A DNA stretch of 64,000 nucleotides, taken from assembly GCA_023129325.1 (NCBI GenBank), contig JAGMCI010000001.1, forward strand, positions 23,722 through 87,721, written 5' to 3'. The DNA comes from a candidate division WOR-3 bacterium. GTDB lineage: Bacteria; Hydrothermota; UBA3073; JACQXS01; JAGMCI01. Made by a program: the position numbers and the translations under genes. Under the pieces are notes generated by a model. That model ran no database searches, had not been told where the DNA came from, and saw only the letters and a list, made by a program, of their open reading frames with translations. Every line of letters starts with the position of its first letter. The first letter of the stretch is position 1. Positions 18,528 to 28,715 of this stretch are shown in pieces.

Positions 18528-20084
18528 TCATTTGTTGGATTGAACCTTAATTCTCAATATTTCTTCTATAATTAGAAGAGTAAATGCCCCCGCTACTATC
18601 CAATATAAAACAGTTGTCAGTTTTGCCCTTAATCCAAGCAAAGGCAAGAATCCAACAAGTACAATACCGTACCCTAACAGTACTCTTTTTATACTTTCCC
18701 TTTTACACCATCTCTTTAATAAATTGCACCAATCTGGATAATACCAAATGAACACGAGGAGCATGGCTAGCATTATGCCTCTGGCTACGAAAGTTGGATC
18801 TAATTGAACTATGTAGGCAAGTAATAATATGCATGCTAATTGTACTATGAGAGATAGGATTATCTTAAAGTTCTCGTTTAACACTTGTGTCTGAGGCATC
18901 CATTGTTTTTCATTCTTAAACGATAAACCAAGCATTAAAAGCGCCATCACAGATAAAGGCAGGGAGGAAAGAAGGAAGGATGCCAAAGATTGAATGTATT
19001 TTAATGATAGCCCCCATATACATAAGAGAGCACATATGTAGCCAAATCCTTTATACCCACCGCAAGGAAGAGAAATTATTTCTGTTTCTTCATAGTTTTT
19101 GTTTTCTAATGTCCACACACGTATAAATACGGGAAGCCTCCTTGTTTGCAAATACCAAAAATAGAAAAGATATATAAATGGTAGTAAGATGAACAAAGCT
19201 GTCATTGGCAATTTCTTTTGGACTATACCCCAAAGAATAGGGTAAAGAAATAAAAGGCATGATAGATAACCTACAATCATTAAAATTATACCAAAAAGAC
19301 CCTTAGAGTGGCTTTCACGAAGGGTTGAAACTACTGCACCAAAGATAGTATTTTCAGGAGTTCGTCGCTTAAGACGGCCAATTAGCCATAGAATGAGAAA
19401 TGCAATAAAGATTAAAGATGATACAGTGAGAATCCAAAATATAATACCATAAAGGACACATAAAGCAGCTATAACCAGTCCAGGTGCATACCACCAGGCC
19501 ATCATCTGGACTCGTTTAATCTTGGAATTTGGGATTTTTGTATCTCTTAAATACTTGTCAAAAGCGTTTTCGTGCTCAATAGTTCCAACAGTCTCCCAAA
19601 ATCGACTCCCTGGCCCAGTTTTTTGTTCAAGATTTGACTCCTTCCAGATAATCTTGTTGGTTATTAGAGAAAAAACAAGGACATATAGCAGTAATATAGT
19701 AACAAACACGCCAACAGGTGGCGAAGGGATATGTAAATGGAATATTTGGAGATGTGGTTCGAGAGATGAACCGGGTAGCAAGAATAAAGTTATCACGAAG
19801 GCCGAGAAGATAACCGCTATATTTATTCCGAGTTTATTGCGAAAATCTCCATACATCTCTTTACTAATTTCTTGATGTGCGTCAAAGCCTATGATGCATA
19901 TTATTATCCAAGAGATAATGGTCGAAATATCCTTAGAGGCAAATCCAATAGTACTGTCAACACCGAAGAGAATGCTAAGAATCTTACTTTTTGATATGAT
20001 TTTGATTAACAGAGGAGCATATTTGGTGATCAAATAGAAGGGTAGCAGAAGGATTACTAATAATGTCTTCCGTTTCTTCTTCAT
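18528..20084 (-). CDS. Polytopic integral membrane protein, unknown family
   Basis: 518-aa ORF made almost entirely of hydrophobic helices (at least 10 by eye). Confidence 0.6.
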   Translation of the reverse strand: MKKKRKTLLVILLLPFYLITKYAPLLIKIISKSKILSILFGVDSTIGFASKDISTIISWIIICIIGFDAHQEISKEMYGDFRNKLGINIAVIFSAFVITLFLLPGSSLEPHLQIFHLHIPSPPVGVFVTILLLYVLVFSLITNKIIWKESNLEQKTGPGSRFWETVGTIEHENAFDKYLRDTKIPNSKIKRVQMMAWWYAPGLVIAALCVLYGIIFWILTVSSLIFIAFLILWLIGRLKRRTPENTIFGAVVSTLRESHSKGLFGIILMIVGYLSCLLFLYPILWGIVQKKLPMTALFILLPFIYLFYFWYLQTRRLPVFIRVWTLENKNYEETEIISLPCGGYKGFGYICALLCIWGLSLKYIQSLASFLLSSLPLSVMALLMLGLSFKNEKQWMPQTQVLNENFKIILSLIVQLACILLLAYIVQLDPTFVARGIMLAMLLVFIWYYPDWCNLLKRWCKRESIKRVLLGYGIVLVGFLPLLGLRAKLTTVLYWIVAGAFTLLIIEEILRIKVQSNK

Positions 20085-20114
20085 TTATCAATTACATTGC
20101 TTTCATAAAACAGC

Positions 20115-21074
20115 TTATAATTGCTTCTTTCGAGAAGGATGTCTTAAGTGCGAAAGAGCATCTAAAAGTAAAAAAGTACGAAGTGAATTGGCTTCTGTGC
20201 CAAAATCTGTAATAAATCCATGAAGTATAGCATGGCGATTAAATCTACTTTTGTTCTCGAGCAATGTTTTATCAGACTGTTTTTCTCTACCAAAATCCTT
20301 ATAGCCGACTTCTTGAACAAAAGCAAGAAGACAGTCCACATATAAACTTCCAAGCTCGACTTCCTTGTCTTTCTGAAGTCCTTTTTCTATAGCTTTCTCT
20401 ATTGTTTTTAAAACTCCTCTTACCTTCTTCCCACATTGATTTAGAAATTCTCTTGCTATACCTTCTACTTGTGGAAGAAGTAAAGTTACAGCTCCACTGA
20501 AATATTCTTTTTTATGTAGCTCAAGAGATTCATCTATAAGGTTTATCCTACTTTTGAATAATGAATTAGATTCCCATTTTTTCACTAGTTCTATAAGATT
20601 GCTGTAGTTGTTATTTTTAAAATGCGTGACAAACAAATTATCTATTTCCTTTCCACTTTTGGCAAAAGCTATTTTATTAAGCAGCCGCATAGTAAGTGAA
20701 GGTGTTATTATCCATTTGTTTCTTTTCGCATTCCTAATAGTTACTACTCTTACTTCTTTTATATGCTTTATAAATCCTTGGAATGCTTCTCCCCAAGGTG
20801 GTAAGATAAAAGAACGCTGGATTTGCTGAACAGATTCAAAAAGCTGTTTAGAAATCAATGGTTGGTAAAGAGTTTTCAGATTCCGCATAAGTTCTTGATA
20901 AGGCGCCATGAGTTGTTGAGCTTTTATAAGGTTTCTGGCAAGGTCCTCTAAGATAACAGACTTAAAAGGAGAATAAATCCTCATATACTCATCTTGCATT
21001 TTCTTAATACCCTCTATGATTTTAAAATGATCAGACTTAATTCTCTTTAAGAATTTATCCATTTGTTTATCCAT
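20115..21074 (-). CDS. Hypothetical protein with a C-terminal HEPN-like Rx4HG motif
   Basis: ATG at 21074 is preferred over the TTG at 21137. The C-terminal NRHAILHG fits the R[NH]xxxHG motif of RiboL-PSP-type HEPN domains. Based on this single motif only. Confidence 0.4.
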   Translation of the reverse strand: MDKQMDKFLKRIKSDHFKIIEGIKKMQDEYMRIYSPFKSVILEDLARNLIKAQQLMAPYQELMRNLKTLYQPLISKQLFESVQQIQRSFILPPWGEAFQGFIKHIKEVRVVTIRNAKRNKWIITPSLTMRLLNKIAFAKSGKEIDNLFVTHFKNNNYSNLIELVKKWESNSLFKSRINLIDESLELHKKEYFSGAVTLLLPQVEGIAREFLNQCGKKVRGVLKTIEKAIEKGLQKDKEVELGSLYVDCLLAFVQEVGYKDFGREKQSDKTLLENKSRFNRHAILHGFITDFGTEANSLRTFLLLDALSHLRHPSRKKQL

Positions 21075-21227
21075 AACTTTTCCCTCTTTTTCTGAGAACC
21101 AACTTAATAATTTTACTACTCTTGAGCAATATGTCAACTTTAATCTGCTGTATCAAATTTTAGTATGCCAAAATAAAAATTGTCTCTACGATAGCTATTC
21201 CTTTTATTTAAACTAATTCAATAGGTT

Positions 21228-22916
21228 CTAAATCACCTTTTGTCTTTTAGTCAATTTTCTCGGTATTTGCTTTATTATAGTGAAAGAAAGTGCTAGATTG
21301 CATCCACGGTATAACGATGGTATGGATGCAATCTTATTATTATTCAAGACCTTAAAATTTGAAGGAATACAACTTTCTATTTCTACTTCATTATCCCTAA
21401 TAACGATTTTCTTAATAAAAGTCTGCACAGTCTTTTGCTTCATTTCAAAACCACAGTTGTTCAAGTTATGAGAAAGAGTCTTTAGAGCCTCTTTAAGGGA
21501 TTGAGGAAGTGTTACAGGAGATTTAATTGTTTGCTCGGCTCTTAACCTCTGTTTTTCTTCAGTTAAGGCTTCCTTGGTCTCATTTATATCAGAGAGTTGA
21601 GTCTTCAATTGCTCCATGCTTACTACTTTTTCTCTAAAAGCCTTAATTATCCTTTTTTCTTCTTCACCTAATCTATGAAACTTTACTCCTATTTCGTTCA
21701 GTCTTTCTTGAATCAGCCCTTCATCTCTTTTCACATTCTGCCGTGTTTTCCTCAAATATTTGAGAATCAACCCAGGATTTCTAATGTATTCACCGAGGGT
21801 TTCCCAAACCAAAGGTTCTATTATCCGAGCGCTAATTTGTTTTCTCTTTGCCGAACATCTGGGAGGTGGTGGAAAAGACTTAATCACTCTTCCCCTACAT
21901 TTATATCCTCTGTAAGGGAAGGGTCTATTTTCACTAACGCATCCCCAAAAATTTGCACCACAAGTTCCACATTTTATTAAACCTCGTAGAAGATATTTAT
22001 GCTTTTTATTATTTCTTGGAGAAAAAAGTTTATGTTTGGCAAGCTGTTCTTGTGCTGATTGGAAAGTAGCCTTATCCATAATATGAACCCTTTCTGGAAG
22101 TTTTACTGGAATCCACTGACTTTTTGGCGTTTTAATATTGCTACTTTTTTCATGCCTAACATATCGATTATTCTTCTTAGGGTGTTCTGGAATCACTGAT
22201 TTTTTCTTATAGTAATACATTGTCCCGATGTAAACTTCATTGCTTAATATTCTATGTACAGTAGAGGGAGACCATCTTTTACCATATCTTGGAGGTATTT
22301 TTAGTTTAGCCAGCCTTTTAGCAATAAACCAAACACTTAATCCTTCCTCAACCATCCACCTAAACATCATTTTTACTATTTTTGCTTCTTCTGGATTGAT
22401 TTCAAAATGTCCTCTGTGGTTTTCATCCTTTACATATTTATACCCATAAGATGGGATATGACCCAGAATTAATCCCTGTTTTATCTTATGTAATTTTCCT
22501 CTTCTTATTCTTTCTGTAATTTTAGCTCTTTCATACTCAGCTACTGCTCCTTGAATATTAGAAAGTAACTTATCCTCAGGAGTTTTAGCAATAGGTCTAT
22601 TTAAGTAAATGACTTCAACCTTTTGCTTTTCCAATTCCTCCTCAACCAGTCCCTTATAGATGTATTTTCGGGCAAGTCTATCAGGACAGGTTATAAGAAC
22701 AGCATCAAACAATCCTTTTTGAGCATCATCTCTTAATTTATCTAATGCTGGACGGGCCATTAGTTCACCACTATACCCATTATCTATATATCTTTTGCCT
22801 ACAAGATATTCTTTCTCTTTAGCATAGTTTTCCAGCTGCTCTATTTGAGAGGCAATAGTATTTTCTTTTTCTTGCTTTTGAGTAGAAACTCTGGCATAAA
22901 TAGCTACTTTTTGCAT
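21228..22916 (-). CDS. Large serine recombinase (resolvase/invertase catalytic domain, recombinase domain, zinc ribbon, coiled coil)
   Basis: MQKVAIYARVSTQKQ (catalytic Ser context), DRLARK, Cys-rich CGTCGANFWGC...YKCRG, C-terminal coiled coil. Confidence 0.9.
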   Translation of the reverse strand: MQKVAIYARVSTQKQEKENTIASQIEQLENYAKEKEYLVGKRYIDNGYSGELMARPALDKLRDDAQKGLFDAVLITCPDRLARKYIYKGLVEEELEKQKVEVIYLNRPIAKTPEDKLLSNIQGAVAEYERAKITERIRRGKLHKIKQGLILGHIPSYGYKYVKDENHRGHFEINPEEAKIVKMMFRWMVEEGLSVWFIAKRLAKLKIPPRYGKRWSPSTVHRILSNEVYIGTMYYYKKKSVIPEHPKKNNRYVRHEKSSNIKTPKSQWIPVKLPERVHIMDKATFQSAQEQLAKHKLFSPRNNKKHKYLLRGLIKCGTCGANFWGCVSENRPFPYRGYKCRGRVIKSFPPPPRCSAKRKQISARIIEPLVWETLGEYIRNPGLILKYLRKTRQNVKRDEGLIQERLNEIGVKFHRLGEEEKRIIKAFREKVVSMEQLKTQLSDINETKEALTEEKQRLRAEQTIKSPVTLPQSLKEALKTLSHNLNNCGFEMKQKTVQTFIKKIVIRDNEVEIESCIPSNFKVLNNNKIASIPSLYRGCNLALSFTIIKQIPRKLTKRQKVI

Positions 22917-23601
22917 AGGTTCAAGGTTAATTTATCTTCACCGGATCATAGCATATTTAAAAAATGCTGCCAAGAGAGCAGCTATTTTTTGTGCTTAGTT
23001 AAAAGAAACTCAAAAATCTTCTCTATTTCAAGCTCTTCGGCCTTTGTAGGACGACAATATTTCCAGACAATCTTAAATTGATTCCTGTTTTTCTTTTTAG
23101 GAGACATAACACTTTTTACTTTAAGAGCAAGGGAATTTAAAAGAAGGAGGGGAAAATTAGCTAAAATAAGAACTCTTATTAGGATACAGCTCTTGACAAA
23201 ACTTTTTATTTGTGCTAGTCTGGATAGAAAACAAATACAAAAATAAGTCGCTAAAATAAAAAGGAGGCTGTCTCAACAATTAAATTGGCAGAGTAAGGAG
23301 ATATAAAATACAAGCATAAAACTACCAATTATGTAACAACACGCTAAAATCTATCTTCTCCGTCTCCATAGTTGAGGTCTTCGTTATAGTCTGTGCTGCA
23401 GATTTTGAACTTAAAACAAAAACACCCTTAAGAGGTGTTTTTTAGTCACATTCAGTCCACAGATTAGCTTAAAACTTGCCCAACCCAGCAAAAAATTAGT
23501 CTGGAAGTTTTGAACTTCCTTCGCTATCCTTAAGGGTTCTTTAAAAGACAAACACAGAAATAGAAGAATCTCAGTAACATCTATAGAAAGAATTAACTAT
23601 T

Positions 23602-24159
23602 ATGAAGAGGAGGTACAGAAACTGTATCCACCAGTATCGACTGGAAAGAGGAATACTTCAAAAACAAGTAGTAATGCTTATGGGACATGAAGTCACATCA
23701 CTTTTGTCAAGGCATGAGACAGGTAAAGAATATCCAAATCTTGAAAATGCCTTAAAGCTCGCAGTCATACTTGAATATCCTGTGGAGATGCTTTTTACAC
23801 CGCTGTATGAGAAGTTACGGCACGAGGTTTTTAAGAGATGGAAGAATTTAGGCTACGAGTTAACTATCCAGCTCACACCGCAAGGTGATTGTGAGAATCA
23901 GATTAGTAGGTATCGCAAGCGACTTGGCTTAACTCAAGAGCAGGTTGCAAAGCTTATGGGCTCTAAAAGTAGTGGATATATTTCACGGTTTGAGAATGGA
24001 AAGAAACTGCCGACCCTTACTAATGCTCTGAAGCTTGGATTGGTGCTTAAGTGTCCAGTAGAGATTCTGTTTAAGGAGCGGTATAAAAAGATAAAGCAAG
24101 AGATTGAGGAGAAAAAGGAAGATTCTATTGTTTTTAACCGTGTTAATCGAGAGAATTGA
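23602..24159 (+). CDS. Tandem XRE-family HTH transcriptional regulator
   Basis: Two repeats of the pattern ...YR.ERG(L)TQ.QVA.LMG....ISR.E.GK..P.L.NALKL..VL..PVE.LF. Confidence 0.75.
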   Translation: MKRRYRNCIHQYRLERGILQKQVVMLMGHEVTSLLSRHETGKEYPNLENALKLAVILEYPVEMLFTPLYEKLRHEVFKRWKNLGYELTIQLTPQGDCENQISRYRKRLGLTQEQVAKLMGSKSSGYISRFENGKKLPTLTNALKLGLVLKCPVEILFKERYKKIKQEIEEKKEDSIVFNRVNREN

Positions 24160-24558
24160 AGTTTTAAAGAACGTGCTCTTTGGGCAGGAGGGGAAATGGA
24201 GATACAGGAAACAGTAGTTAGTATTAAGTAGTTAGTAGTTAGGGTAATAAAATAAGATAAGGAATACAGCTGTAGGGAAGTTATGAATTGCAGACAAATC
24301 TGAATCCAAGTATATGAAAGACAAGAGTATCTCGTGATCTCAAGTATAGATTGTGAAAGAAATTGGGCTTAAGCCAACTTGAGGTGTAAATTTGTTATTG
24401 AGTGAGAGAGTGTGGGGATACCCGGTGTTAAAACTGGGTATTCCTATATTCAGTATTTCTTTATTATAAACCATTTTCTAATGATTCTTTCCCACTAAAA
24501 ACATCATTTACGTCTCTATACAACTGACTTTCCAGCACAGAAAGACTTTTTTTATTTT

Positions 24559-25899
24559 CTATTGTTTCTGAAACTCAAAAGATTTGCCATTTCGATCAAC
24601 CATCCATAAGATATTGTAATCTGAAATTCTCCAGTGTCTATAGTAGTCAGAAATTTCCCAAGGTCCTTCAGATATGCTTGCCCCTACGATACATGCTATA
24701 GGACGAATCAAACTTGCTCCAGTCGCTTGTCTCAAGGTCGCTTTGGGGTCATGAATCAACTCCCACACAAATCTTGCGGCCGCCTGAGTTCCCATCCCTG
24801 TGATACCTGTGATCCAAAGCAAATTTTTCTCTAAGTTGAGAGGACTCTTAGATACAGTAATCAAGCCACAATCCTTTGAGGATAAAGTATGGGGGCCAAA
24901 ATATACTCGTCCTTTGTTAGAAGTAGCGACAATTTGGTTAAATACTCGACCCCCAGTTTTTACAAAGTGAGTTGGGTGGATTATGTCATTAAAAGCAAAG
25001 GCATAAATGTTGACAATGCCAGATCCAATTAGGATAATGTTACGATTGGAGGCAAGATCTGCAGTGTCTTCCCATTGATCAACTCCCGCAGTAACTTTTA
25101 TGTTAGATTTTAAAGCAGCCATTATCTCAATTATTCCAATAGCGTCGCTGGTAGCAGCAGATGAAATTGGACCCTGTAAATGTGACGCCGTTTCACCTAA
25201 AACCACTAATAGTGGTTGTTCAAGAATTTTATCCAACGTTGATAGATTAATGTTCTCATCCGGGGCAATCTTATCCCAAAGAGGAAAAGGAATGGGTGGT
25301 ATGGACAACTTTTGTCTATCGGACAAACCATAAAGTAGAACTTCTTCTTGTGGCATAATAAGACGCCGTCTCATGACGAAAGCCTTCCTTTTTCTAAGTT
25401 CCGTTACTAATGCAGGTCTGAAAATATCCTGCTTAATTTTTCCTATCTTCCCGTATACTTCCTTAGATACTGTTATTTTCCCGATAGGACAGTTTTTTTG
25501 AAGTTTTCCTGTGATGTCTAACGCCGGATGAGCAAATTTACCTCGTTCATCTTCCGGCACATCTGCTATATCTTTTGCCTCAATCTCATGTACACCAATG
25601 CGAACGAAAAGAGGCAAACATAGCTTATTTTTTCCTACATTGAATTTAACTAAGTTGTCTGTCAATCGAAGGCAAGCATCAACAGCATCATTGGGCGTCG
25701 GAAAGGAGAAAATTCTGCCATCACCCATTTGATGCCAACTTTTACCGCCGAACATCTTGAAAGTCTCCTCAACCAGCAAATGGTAAGCCTTAAACGTGCC
25801 TTTTATATCCTTTTGAGATCCACTCTCTTTAAGCATGGTAGACTTATAAACATCAATATCTACTATCCCATTTATTAATGGATTTTTATTTCCTTTCAC
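24559..25899 (-). CDS. Class III nucleotidyl cyclase domain fused to a ~250-aa C-terminal domain of unknown family
   Basis: GIVDIDVYKST (first metal Asp), QMGDGRIFSF (second Asp), RIGVHEIEA, HPALDITGKLQKNCPIGKITVSKEVY. The C-terminal half (LLVVLGE...IILIGSGIVN...ITGITGMGTQAAARF) was not recognised. Confidence 0.6.
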   Translation of the reverse strand: MKGNKNPLINGIVDIDVYKSTMLKESGSQKDIKGTFKAYHLLVEETFKMFGGKSWHQMGDGRIFSFPTPNDAVDACLRLTDNLVKFNVGKNKLCLPLFVRIGVHEIEAKDIADVPEDERGKFAHPALDITGKLQKNCPIGKITVSKEVYGKIGKIKQDIFRPALVTELRKRKAFVMRRRLIMPQEEVLLYGLSDRQKLSIPPIPFPLWDKIAPDENINLSTLDKILEQPLLVVLGETASHLQGPISSAATSDAIGIIEIMAALKSNIKVTAGVDQWEDTADLASNRNIILIGSGIVNIYAFAFNDIIHPTHFVKTGGRVFNQIVATSNKGRVYFGPHTLSSKDCGLITVSKSPLNLEKNLLWITGITGMGTQAAARFVWELIHDPKATLRQATGASLIRPIACIVGASISEGPWEISDYYRHWRISDYNILWMVDRNGKSFEFQKQ

Positions 25900-26142
25900 T
25901 TAAAAACCTCCTTGCCTTTCTTTTTTTTTGCTATTGAGACTTTAACCCTTCCCTAATAATATCCCGAAAATCCATTTTGTCAATCAAAAAATTACACCAT
26001 CTTTTTGAGATAGTGTTTTTTTATCCAGATATCCACACACAGATAGTCCACACTAAAATTGAAAATTTAGACAATCAAGCAATTTTTACCCTCTATGCTA
26101 TCTTTTTGTCTCTGGTATGCTGAAAGAACCTAAATAATTTTC

Positions 26143-26385
26143 ATGATGCAGAACTCTCTCAGATATTACAGAAAAAGAAAAGGACTTACCCAGAGGCAAG
26201 TAGCAGGTGCTTTGGGATTAAAAGATTCATCTCGTATTTGCGATTGGGAAGTAGGACGAAAACTTCCAAATTTAAAATACGCTCTTATGCTTGCTGCCTT
26301 ATTTAAATGTCCTCTGATAGTTTTATACTCTGATTTACACAATCAATACTGGCAACGGTTTCATAAAAAATCATATATGCACTAA
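26143..26385 (+). CDS. XRE-family HTH regulator
   Basis: LRYYRKRKGLTQRQVAGALGL...ICDWEVGRKLPNLKYALMLAALF. Confidence 0.75.
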   Translation: MMQNSLRYYRKRKGLTQRQVAGALGLKDSSRICDWEVGRKLPNLKYALMLAALFKCPLIVLYSDLHNQYWQRFHKKSYMH

Positions 26386-26387
26386 TT

Positions 26388-26948
26388 ATGTCCAAGCCCG
26401 ATAAAATTTTAGCTTTAAATCCAGGTACTAAAGAAACGGGCTTTGCCTTATTTGAAGATGGGGAACTCATTGATTGGGGAGTATGGACATTTAAACCTAA
26501 AAAGCGTCGGGACAGTGTTAAAAGGGCTCTTTTGAAAATAATTAAAAGAAATAAGCCAAATGCTTTAGTAATAGAAAAACCACACCTCATTCACCAAAAA
26601 GGCTCTTCTAAATTTAATGCTGTATTCGGGGGACTCAAAAGGACTGCCGAAGAGCATAAACTTACCATGCACGAATTGGACCCCCAAGAAGTCAGAGAAA
26701 CTATTTGCCAGGAAGGCCGAGCCACAAGAGTTAAGATAGCCAAGCGTATAACCAAACGCTACCTTTTTCTTAAACGGTATCTTCCCCAAAATAAGCCGGT
26801 TTTTGATTTTCGAGTTCTTAAACAGTATCTTCCAAGAGATAAACCAATCCTTTATCTTTCGCATAAAGAGAAATACTGGTTGCGTATGTTTGATGCGATT
26901 GCTTTAGGTATAGCTTTTATTAAAATGTCCCCTCTTGTTAAGAGTTAA
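26388..26948 (+). CDS. RuvC-like Holliday junction resolvase paralog with Asn at the first catalytic Asp position
   Basis: ILALNPGTKETGFALF compared with RuvC ILGIDPGSRVTGYGV. ALVIEKPH (Glu present) and FDAIALGIAF. Confidence 0.6.
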   Translation: MSKPDKILALNPGTKETGFALFEDGELIDWGVWTFKPKKRRDSVKRALLKIIKRNKPNALVIEKPHLIHQKGSSKFNAVFGGLKRTAEEHKLTMHELDPQEVRETICQEGRATRVKIAKRITKRYLFLKRYLPQNKPVFDFRVLKQYLPRDKPILYLSHKEKYWLRMFDAIALGIAFIKMSPLVKS

Positions 26949-26975
26949 AGCCTTGATACGCTGGAAGTGAAATCT

Positions 26976-27845
26976 ATGAAAAACAAATGGTGGGGACCAG
27001 TCTGGCGAGGCTTGACCTCTGACCCTCATTCTAAACACTACCTAAAACTCAAGAATGCCATTTGGCTACTTCTATATTTCATAACCGATGCTGACAGAAA
27101 GACAGGCTATCTTATCCGCAAATGTCAAACCATAAGTCAAGATATGGGAGTATCAAAAAATACCATTTACTCTTGGCTGGCTCGTCTCAGAAAGCATGAT
27201 TATATTGAGACTCAAAGCACAGGAAGAGCCCTTTTAATTAAGATTGCTAAATGGCGACCTATTAAAAAAATGAGGAAATTGTCTCCCCATACAAATCAGA
27301 GTAATGCCACCATACAAACCAGAGTTGTATCCCCAGACAAAAATAAGGCAAAGGCAATGCCAAGAAAACAGGGTCAGTTAGCCAAAAACCAAAGGTCAGG
27401 ATACACCCCTAACGAAAGAGTGTTAACGAAAGATATTAACGAAAGATATATAGCCCGTGGGGCAAATAATTCTTTTTCAAATGAAACTTATACCAAGATT
27501 ATTAGAGCCTATAAGAGACTGAAGAGAGTTAGAGTAGACAGAACCAATAAGGGCAAAATTCTTCGCAATATCAAGACCATGTTGCAAGAGAAATACAAGC
27601 CAAAGGACATAATTGCCTGTATGGAGTTTATGGCTCAGGACAAATTTTATAAACCTATCTGGGATATGGGAACAGTTTGTAAAAAGATAGCCGAATTTGC
27701 GGGAGGAAGGCTAAAAAGACTAAAGAAGCGACGACCATTTTACAGGGGCTGTCCTATGAGATATGACCTATCGGCAGTTTTTGAAGATGGGCAGTGGAAG
27801 CAATTTGTGGGCAAGGAAGAAGATATTGAATGGAAGGAGAAATAA
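26976..27845 (+). CDS. Winged-HTH DNA-binding protein, possible replication initiator
   Basis: KHYLKLKNAIWLLLYF...ISQDMGVSKNTIYSWLARLRKHDYIET. Paralog of 28206-28715. Confidence 0.45.
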   Translation: MKNKWWGPVWRGLTSDPHSKHYLKLKNAIWLLLYFITDADRKTGYLIRKCQTISQDMGVSKNTIYSWLARLRKHDYIETQSTGRALLIKIAKWRPIKKMRKLSPHTNQSNATIQTRVVSPDKNKAKAMPRKQGQLAKNQRSGYTPNERVLTKDINERYIARGANNSFSNETYTKIIRAYKRLKRVRVDRTNKGKILRNIKTMLQEKYKPKDIIACMEFMAQDKFYKPIWDMGTVCKKIAEFAGGRLKRLKKRRPFYRGCPMRYDLSAVFEDGQWKQFVGKEEDIEWKEK

Positions 27846-27846
27846 T

Positions 27847-28023
27847 ATGGAACACATAAAAATATATTTTCAAGGTGAAAGGAGAAGTTCCAGGCATTTA
27901 GCAAATTTAGATGCTTATTATAAAAGATTGTGGGCTAATGACGGACTGACTTTTAAGAAAGAGTATATAAAAAGATACACCCAAAAGGAATATTTAGAAT
28001 TAATTGCCTATGAAACTTCCTAA
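27847..28023 (+). CDS. Small hypothetical protein
   Basis: ATG at 27847 with AAGGAG 8 nt upstream; 58 aa. Confidence 0.35.
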   Translation: MEHIKIYFQGERRSSRHLANLDAYYKRLWANDGLTFKKEYIKRYTQKEYLELIAYETS

Positions 28024-28205
28024 ATCCTTAATAACCAAATTAAAAAAGAAAATCTCTTTATCTCAATACGATATTTATATTCTTAGCCAACATAAAGCCG
28101 AAGATGAAAGACTTTACTGGAAAATTAGATTCATAGATTTAAAAAACAAAGTTTTAAAGCAAAGAGGAAAACTGCTTTAAATAATTTAACAATTAACTAA
28201 AAACC

Positions 28206-28715
28206 ATGAATCAAAACTACATTCGTCGGGGACTTGTCGCAGATAAGGACGCAAAGCACTATTACAGGGTGAAAAACGCAATATGGCTGTATTTGTATCT
28301 TGTTCTTTCCGCCAATTCAAAAACAGGAAAGCTGCTATCAAGATTAGATTTTATTGCCTCTCAGATGGGCATCTGCAAGGACACTCTTCAAACCTGGCTG
28401 GGACATCTGAAAAAATGGGGCTATGTGACTACTCAAAAACAGGGAGAGTCTATTGTCTTCAAATTGAGTAGATGGAAAGAATCTTATCAACCTAAAGTTG
28501 AAGCAAAGGCCAAAGAAGAACTTTTAGCAGAGCGTATAGCCAAAACCTTCAAAGACGAAGAAAACCTGAGCTATTATGAGACTCTATGCGAGAGGTATTC
28601 AGAAGACCTAATCAATTTAGCCTTCAGGGAAGTGAAAAAGATTCCATCTTCAAAGATACGCAAATCAAGGGGAGCCTTATTCACTTACCTTGTTAAAAAA
28701 TATGCCAAGAAATAA
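28206..28715 (+). CDS. Winged-HTH DNA-binding protein, paralog of 26976-27845
   Basis: KHYYRVKNAIWLYLYL...IASQMGICKDTLQTWLGHLKKWGYVTT aligns with the N-terminus of the upstream paralog. Confidence 0.5.
   Translation: MNQNYIRRGLVADKDAKHYYRVKNAIWLYLYLVLSANSKTGKLLSRLDFIASQMGICKDTLQTWLGHLKKWGYVTTQKQGESIVFKLSRWKESYQPKVEAKAKEELLAERIAKTFKDEENLSYYETLCERYSEDLINLAFREVKKIPSSKIRKSRGALFTYLVKKYAKK

Larger units (their letters stand above)
17096..22916 (-). mobile_element. Serine-recombinase-associated cargo block (boundaries unknown)
   Basis: A large serine recombinase sits at the upstream end of a co-oriented set: HEPN-motif protein, polytopic membrane protein, Dcd-fold protein. No flanking repeats identified. 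Confidence 0.3.

Noticed and set aside
24215-24250. A short tandem repetition of GTAGTTAG (3-4 copies) after the tandem-HTH gene
   Set aside because: It is too short and imperfect to call a functional repeat or operator. It could be an operator-like site, but nothing supports that.
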